64,000 nt of DNA, taken from IMG/VR virus record IMGVR_UViG_3300028844_006431, positions 20,111 to 84,110 of that record; one strand, 5' to 3'. Below, piece by piece: positions 58,808 through 64,000 of this stretch. The notes beneath the pieces were generated by a model that was not told the DNA's origin, made no database searches, and worked only from the letters and a program-made list of their open reading frames with translations. The position numbers were made by a program, and so were the translations under genes. Source of the DNA: a virus. Each line of letters begins with the position of its first letter. Within the stretch, counting starts at the first letter, position 1.

Positions 58808-59182
58808 CTATTTTAGATTGAATTCGTTTCGTTTAAAACTACCATAATTACCATACATTTCAACTTTACCATCTTCATTAAAAATCTTTGAGACATCATC
58901 CTCACGGAACTCTTGTATGATTGTGTTACCAATTGGCACCTGTACATACAAGCCCTTTTCATCCCAGAAATAATAGTATGAGGCAGAGCCATTCTCTGCC
59001 TTACCGCTAGTGATTTTACCATCACGCACAATCCATGTCTGAACAATTGTACCATAATCTGAAACATAAGATACTTTAAGGTTTGAACCAACCAAATTAT
59101 CAACTGAGCGTGAAAACTTATTTCTTGCTTCTTCTGTGCAACCAACTAAAAATAATAAACTAATCAATAAAAATTTTTTCAT
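58808..59182 (-). CDS. Lipoprotein
   Basis: MKKFLLISLLFLVGC lipobox. Confidence 0.75.
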   Translation of the reverse strand: MKKFLLISLLFLVGCTEEARNKFSRSVDNLVGSNLKVSYVSDYGTIVQTWIVRDGKITSGKAENGSASYYYFWDEKGLYVQVPIGNTIIQEFREDDVSKIFNEDGKVEMYGNYGSFKRNEFNLK

Positions 59183-59185
59183 TGT

Positions 59186-59284
59186 CTACCTAAAAATATT
59201 TGATGTTCTGGCGCATAATAAAAAAACCACATTGAACCATAAAAACAAAAATATAAAAATAAAAACAAAACGAAATACATCCAT
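59186..59284 (-). CDS. 32-aa single-TM peptide
   Basis: MDVFRFVFIFIFLFLWFNVVFLLCARTSNIFR*; fills the intergenic gap. Confidence 0.35.
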   Translation of the reverse strand: MDVFRFVFIFIFLFLWFNVVFLLCARTSNIFR

Positions 59285-59294
59285 TGTTGCATTA

Positions 59295-59615
59295 TTAAAT
59301 CCAAATGGTAGATTTCTTTTCACTTACCATTTTCTCACACATCTGAGATACATAAGTGAACTCTTGATTGACTGGCATGTTTGCCGAACTTTGATCATAC
59401 CAAAAATTTCTGAATTGATCAAAGCTAAATTTTTTCTGATAAAACGAACCAACACACTCAATCATGTTGACCATTCGAATTTTTGAATCAAAATCAATTA
59501 CTTTATCTGGATTGTATAACAATTCAAAGAAGGCACTCCTCTCTTCAGTTGACCAACCAGCATAGGCTACTGAAGCAAACAGCAACATCATTGTTGCTGC
59601 CATAAATTTTTTCAT
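59295..59615 (-). CDS. Secreted/periplasmic protein with two Cys
   Basis: Signal peptide ending in AYA; GGAG RBS. Confidence 0.7.
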   Translation of the reverse strand: MKKFMAATMMLLFASVAYAGWSTEERSAFFELLYNPDKVIDFDSKIRMVNMIECVGSFYQKKFSFDQFRNFWYDQSSANMPVNQEFTYVSQMCEKMVSEKKSTIWI

Positions 59616-59770
59616 AGATTTTCTCCGTTTACTTTAAATCCTAATGGATGCGAGGCATCCATAAAGAAAAGTAGATATAAAAAAAATCCCACAGCATAAG
59701 CCAATGAAGTGAATATAAAAATTCTACCAAGCCAATAATAAACTTTCTTGAGTGAATTGTTTTCTTCCAT
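59612..59770 (-). CDS. 52-aa single-TM protein
   Basis: MEENNSLKKVYYWLGRIFIFTSLAYAVGFFLYLLFF...; ATGA overlap with the next gene. Confidence 0.5.
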   Translation of the reverse strand: MEENNSLKKVYYWLGRIFIFTSLAYAVGFFLYLLFFMDASHPLGFKVNGENL

Positions 59771-59843
59771 TACATTGAAGTGCTGAAGAAGTTATAAAAA
59801 TAAAAAAACAAAGCCGACAATTCAATTACCCACATATAAACCT

Positions 59844-60449
59844 TTATTTAACATAAATTGTATATTCAATTGGCTTCATCTCGTAAATTTTTGTATTATC
59901 TTTGATGTAGCCATACAAATCAGTTTTATAAACTAATGTAATATCTGAAGTATTATCTGGGTTTACATTGGCTTTCTCTAAAAACATATCACTCTTATTT
60001 ACAGTGTAGGCAAAAAAGCCTGTTGAAGTTGAAGTGAAGTTATCTAGAGAAGGTGTAACCCCTGTTTGATTCATGGTATAATCAGTTGAACCCATTACAT
60101 AAAATGTCAATGAAGGCATTGCGCCAAGTGCCCAGTTGACTGCGGTGACATTGGCAGATGCTTCATCAAACATCGCAATTTTGAAATCATCGTCAGTTGC
60201 TGGTTCGGTTGTGGTTGTCCCGCCAGAACTTGAACTGTCTGATGTTGACGACGTGTTCGTTGTGTTTGTGACTTCCGTCGTGGTTGTTGTGGTGATATTC
60301 GTGTAGTTATCAATCTTCTCTACAATCTCCGTGTAAGAATGATTGTCACGAATTTCTGTTGTTTCTTTCTCAGTTTCCTTTTCAGGCATCATGTCTCGAC
60401 ATCCAATCAAGGCAACCGTTGCCAATCCTAAAACCATAAGTTTAAACAT
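59844..60449 (-). CDS. Ser/Thr-rich lipoprotein with many N-x-S/T sequons
   Basis: Lipobox ALIGC and a Thr/Ser linker. Confidence 0.75.
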   Translation of the reverse strand: MFKLMVLGLATVALIGCRDMMPEKETEKETTEIRDNHSYTEIVEKIDNYTNITTTTTTEVTNTTNTSSTSDSSSSGGTTTTEPATDDDFKIAMFDEASANVTAVNWALGAMPSLTFYVMGSTDYTMNQTGVTPSLDNFTSTSTGFFAYTVNKSDMFLEKANVNPDNTSDITLVYKTDLYGYIKDNTKIYEMKPIEYTIYVK

Positions 60450-60452
60450 ATG

Positions 60453-62339
60453 TTATCCTTCTTTGAGTGTTTTTTTCCAGCTATTTGTGTGATTCTGTCC
60501 CTCCCAATCAAGACCTCCAATGTACTTCAATAAAATCTTCTTGATCTTATCTCGACTTGGTCCCTCTTCAATAGCATTATCTTTTTGTAAAACCTTCACT
60601 ACTTTTTCACCAATCTCAAACTGAATTCTTTCATAAGATGCTTTGATTGGATAAGCTTGAGAATAGGGTGAGGGATTACCCACATCAGGTGTTGCTTCTC
60701 CGTACAGCCTTTCAAGACAATAAGCCAAATTCTTTTCGTCATTTTCTTGACTCAAATTTCTCTTGAGCATCCTGAGTACATGGGCATAAGGATGCCACTC
60801 CATGATCACCTTTTCGATTAGACCGTGATATTTTTTATCAAGCCGTTCATCCTCAATATAAACATATGTGGCGTCTGCGATTTTTGTTTTGATTGAAATC
60901 AAGACTTCTTTGTCTTGAAAACTTCTCTTAATAATATCTGCCCAAGACTGTTGAAGTTCTTTCGGTATGTCATGGTCAAATGATTCAAAGAAAGGATTGT
61001 TTTCAGCTTTGTCATCGAAGACATCCATATGACGAGCATCTTTTGTAAAAGCTTTTATAAAAACTTTCGCATTTGGTTTGAAATCAATAAGTGCCTTAAT
61101 CAGATCAGGTTTCTTCGCAACAATCTCTACCATTGTTTCGTTTCCGATCTTCAATCCTGTCTTGTGTAATTCTTGACGAATAACTTTTGGTGGCTTACGA
61201 ACGGCATTTACCATTGCTGCGAGAATTTCTTTTTGACTTACATCCACAAGATACTTCGCATTCTTAAAGGTATCCATCAGAATATCTCGTTGTATAACCG
61301 GCGGTAACTTTACTTTCATAGGATGTTTGCTCAAAAGATTTCCTGAATCACCCTTATAATTTGTCAGTAATACATCTTTGACGGCATCTCCTTTTACGCC
61401 AAGCTCTGCAAGCATGTGTTCAGTTACCTTGTCGCCACCAAGTTTGTTGATTTTACCTGTTGTGATTAACTTCTTTGCTTTACCTGACTCTGCCATTTCT
61501 TGTTTCAGCGGTCCGAAATTATAGTCTTTGTTCGGTATGGCATCAAGTGTTTTCCATCCGTAACGTGATTTACCCGTGAAGAACACACACTGAGTTCTTT
61601 CCGCAGGATGAATGATACCTTTGTTATCTGGATCACAAACTGAATCATAGAAGAATTTCTTACCAGCACCTCTTGTCCAAAGTAATGCCCAGAGAGTAGC
61701 CTTTGGTTCATATTTCTTGAATGTTTCATAAGATGCATTTCGTCCAGCAAGTGCTTCAACATTATTCCAATTCGATTCAGCATAAACAAATGAAATTACT
61801 CTTGTAATATTCCATAACATGCCCGCATAAGATTTCTCTCGAGCACCCTTTTGTGCTTGAGCAATTGCTGAAGAAATGATTCTTGGAAAGATTTTAGCAT
61901 CTTTGTTTGACCATTTCTTTTTCATCTGAATCAACACATCATGTGTCAAATCTTTGATATCTCGTTGATACTTAGCACCATCATAATCATCAGTCAAATT
62001 GAGATGTTTGCCTTTAGGCAATCGTTGAATGAGTCCAATCCAAGGCATGTCACCCGCAAAAGGCACATCAAATTCTTTTGCATCATCATCTGTTTCTTCA
62101 TAAGCATAAACAATCGGATAAGTATAAATGCCGTTTGGTGTGTTATATTTTGATTTCGTATTCAAACCAATCTGAACAGTTTCATCTGCTGTATCTGTAA
62201 AAGCATTTGCATTCTTGACAAAAGAAATGAACATGTCTCCTCGCTTACGATAAGGAGATAACTTCTTGACTGGATTCTCTTTTGGATTTTTCTCTGGATT
62301 TCTTCTTGCTTCAACAAGAAATTGATTGAATGATTTCAT
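60453..62339 (-). CDS. Putative encapsidated protein, possible ADP-ribosyltransferase-like fold
   Basis: MKSFNQFLVE N-terminus, YNTPNGIYTYP, YDSVCD..GIIHPAERTQCVFF. Confidence 0.55.
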   Translation of the reverse strand: MKSFNQFLVEARRNPEKNPKENPVKKLSPYRKRGDMFISFVKNANAFTDTADETVQIGLNTKSKYNTPNGIYTYPIVYAYEETDDDAKEFDVPFAGDMPWIGLIQRLPKGKHLNLTDDYDGAKYQRDIKDLTHDVLIQMKKKWSNKDAKIFPRIISSAIAQAQKGAREKSYAGMLWNITRVISFVYAESNWNNVEALAGRNASYETFKKYEPKATLWALLWTRGAGKKFFYDSVCDPDNKGIIHPAERTQCVFFTGKSRYGWKTLDAIPNKDYNFGPLKQEMAESGKAKKLITTGKINKLGGDKVTEHMLAELGVKGDAVKDVLLTNYKGDSGNLLSKHPMKVKLPPVIQRDILMDTFKNAKYLVDVSQKEILAAMVNAVRKPPKVIRQELHKTGLKIGNETMVEIVAKKPDLIKALIDFKPNAKVFIKAFTKDARHMDVFDDKAENNPFFESFDHDIPKELQQSWADIIKRSFQDKEVLISIKTKIADATYVYIEDERLDKKYHGLIEKVIMEWHPYAHVLRMLKRNLSQENDEKNLAYCLERLYGEATPDVGNPSPYSQAYPIKASYERIQFEIGEKVVKVLQKDNAIEEGPSRDKIKKILLKYIGGLDWEGQNHTNSWKKTLKEG

Positions 62340-63442
62340 CCTTCTTTCTTTTGAATTTCTTTTAGATAATCTTTCAACACACTCTTACTCGCATCGAGTG
62401 TAGCATAACGCAAAACTTTAGTTGGAAAGTTGAATTGCTTACGATAGGCGTCAACATCTTCTCCCTTATTTAAAGCACTCGTAGCAATAAACGCATAAAC
62501 AATTTCAAAATTACCAACTACAATCTCATCGTAAGTGTCTTGTTTTGTTTTTGTTCGCATTCTTTTTGCTTGAACTTTAGGCCAAGATAAAATATATTCA
62601 GTGAAAGCCTTTTTCCATTCAGGCTTGCTAGCGATAATTCTTTCTGCTCCGATTACATACTTTCGTATATATTGTTGTTTGACTGAGCCAGGTATGTCAT
62701 ATGGACGAAGAGTTTCCCAGCGTTGTTCACCTTTAGTCTTAGGAGCAACTCGTTTATCTTCATATTCTTTTTTCAAAGTTTCAATCATATCTCTTTTCAT
62801 ATCAACTAATTCTTGTGTCATGTTTTCATAATTTTTGATGAGCGCCATGAACTTAGCATTACTTTCTTTATTCCAATTTCGTATACCGCTACGAAAAACG
62901 GTAGCTGGCCGAAGACCACCATTTGTTGTGATATCTAACAAACGTTTACCCTGTTTATCAACTTTACTCCATAAATCTTTTTGTAGACCAGCAACTGCTT
63001 GACCTTTGACAACCGCAATAATTCCACCATTACTGTCAGACCAGATTCCTGATGTCATATCACCATACGGATCAACTGTATAAGCTGAGATTTGTTTTGT
63101 TCTTTTTTTCTGAATCTTTACAAGATTTTTAAGACCTTGAGAACCTGTTGAGTGACAGGCGAGTAATTGTATCTCTCCCGAAACTCTCTCAATAAATCTT
63201 GAGTTGAGTGGTAACTGAAAGGATCGATCTGTTTGTTTTTGAAAAACATATTGATTTCGTTCTTTCTTAAACCCCTCAGACCTTATATCGTCTTCATCAT
63301 CTTCATCATAACTTTTACTTTCTTTACCATACATATCTGAAGTCATGAGTAAGTCAGCATCATAGAAGAGATGGTCAAACAATGACCTTTGCCATTGAAC
63401 TTGTTCAGATAAGAATTCTGTAAATTCAGTGTATGTTTTCAT
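62336..63442 (-). CDS. Putative encapsidated protein, possible ART-like (H-S-E) fold
   Basis: MKTYTEFTEFLSE N-terminus, ACHST, QISAYT, YDEIVV. Confidence 0.55.
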   Translation of the reverse strand: MKTYTEFTEFLSEQVQWQRSLFDHLFYDADLLMTSDMYGKESKSYDEDDEDDIRSEGFKKERNQYVFQKQTDRSFQLPLNSRFIERVSGEIQLLACHSTGSQGLKNLVKIQKKRTKQISAYTVDPYGDMTSGIWSDSNGGIIAVVKGQAVAGLQKDLWSKVDKQGKRLLDITTNGGLRPATVFRSGIRNWNKESNAKFMALIKNYENMTQELVDMKRDMIETLKKEYEDKRVAPKTKGEQRWETLRPYDIPGSVKQQYIRKYVIGAERIIASKPEWKKAFTEYILSWPKVQAKRMRTKTKQDTYDEIVVGNFEIVYAFIATSALNKGEDVDAYRKQFNFPTKVLRYATLDASKSVLKDYLKEIQKKEG

Positions 63443-63999
63443 GGTGCGAAACCCCACTCTGCTAAACTGTCACCTGAGGTGAAGATTTGACTTGCCTTAA
63501 CTTTCTTTGAGAGTATTCTATATTTATTTCTTAGATGATCTTTACCATGTTCTTTTGCATAGTTTCTCACAATTGTCACCCAATCACCAGGATTGATCTC
63601 TGAAATGTTTTCTACCTTCTTGTCACTCTTCTTCACCTTCTCTTCTTCATTCCCCAACCATTCATAATACTTTTTCTTACCCATTTTATGAAATTCAGAT
63701 TCAAATGCGGGATAGGGCTTGGCTCTCTTCAACCATAGTGCCTGAGCTTTCTGGAGGTCTGCCAGCAGGTCTTCTTTGGTCTGTTGATATGGAACAGCAC
63801 GATAGATGGTAATCAATTTATTTGGCTTATTTCGGTATCCGTTGACAATCAGAGCAGCATCTTTCTCATTCTGAGCATACTCATGCCAGCGGTCATAGTA
63901 GTCTTTAGGATATACTTCATTGTGTGTCATGTCATGAAGAGGTGCTCCTTCTTTGCCAGCAGATTGATGCTCACCTTTGTAGTCTTCTGAAATGTTTTT
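63439..63999 (-). CDS. ART-like protein, N-terminus truncated by the window end
   Basis: The frame stays open to the window end (KNISEDYKGEHQSAG..APLHDM). Motifs IYRAVP, INPGDWVT..YAKEH, DSLAEWG. Confidence 0.55.
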   Translation of the reverse strand, partial: KNISEDYKGEHQSAGKEGAPLHDMTHNEVYPKDYYDRWHEYAQNEKDAALIVNGYRNKPNKLITIYRAVPYQQTKEDLLADLQKAQALWLKRAKPYPAFESEFHKMGKKKYYEWLGNEEEKVKKSDKKVENISEINPGDWVTIVRNYAKEHGKDHLRNKYRILSKKVKASQIFTSGDSLAEWGFAP

Positions 64000-64000
64000 C

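Noticed and set aside
1-64000. Stop-codon reassignment
   Set aside because: Core genes are full length in the standard code, and TAA, TAG and TGA all terminate genes.

Overview
A 64 kb, AT-rich, densely coding fragment of a large T4-like (Tevenvirinae-superfamily-type) myovirus genome, read in the standard genetic code. Left arm (1-18.5 kb, minus strand): baseplate/tail module with two gp48-like genes, gp53, a hub protein, a lysozyme-less gp5 spike and several large uncharacterised structural proteins. Plus strand from 18.5 kb: gp4, an SF2 helicase with its own sigma70 promoter, putative internal-head proteins (including nucleotidyltransferase-, ligase- and HIGH-like enzymes), an HNH endonuclease, three collar-domain tail fibres with two chaperones, and an hsp20 locus. 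Next come RuvC-like, ThyX, a DNA methylase, a dihydrolipoamide-dehydrogenase-like flavoprotein, a prolyl hydroxylase, gp43-uvsX-gp40-gp41, Nudix, gp61 and nrdA/GNAT/Grx-nrdB. Right end (minus strand): small membrane and lipoproteins plus three ADP-ribosyltransferase-like candidates. The most notable observations are: (1) a set of genes sharing a T4-type capsid-targeting N-terminus and encoding predicted nucleotide-transfer enzymes; (2) an hsp20 locus with a ROSE-like RNA thermometer, a frameshift-dependent DUF3563-like domain and repeated CA-rich leaders; (3) a non-PAAR three-fold-repeat spike-tip candidate; (4) an RBS-occluding hairpin containing a late promoter on the resolvase gene. I found no tRNA, rRNA, CRISPR array or reverse transcriptase by eye. 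All family calls come from motif recognition, not database searches.
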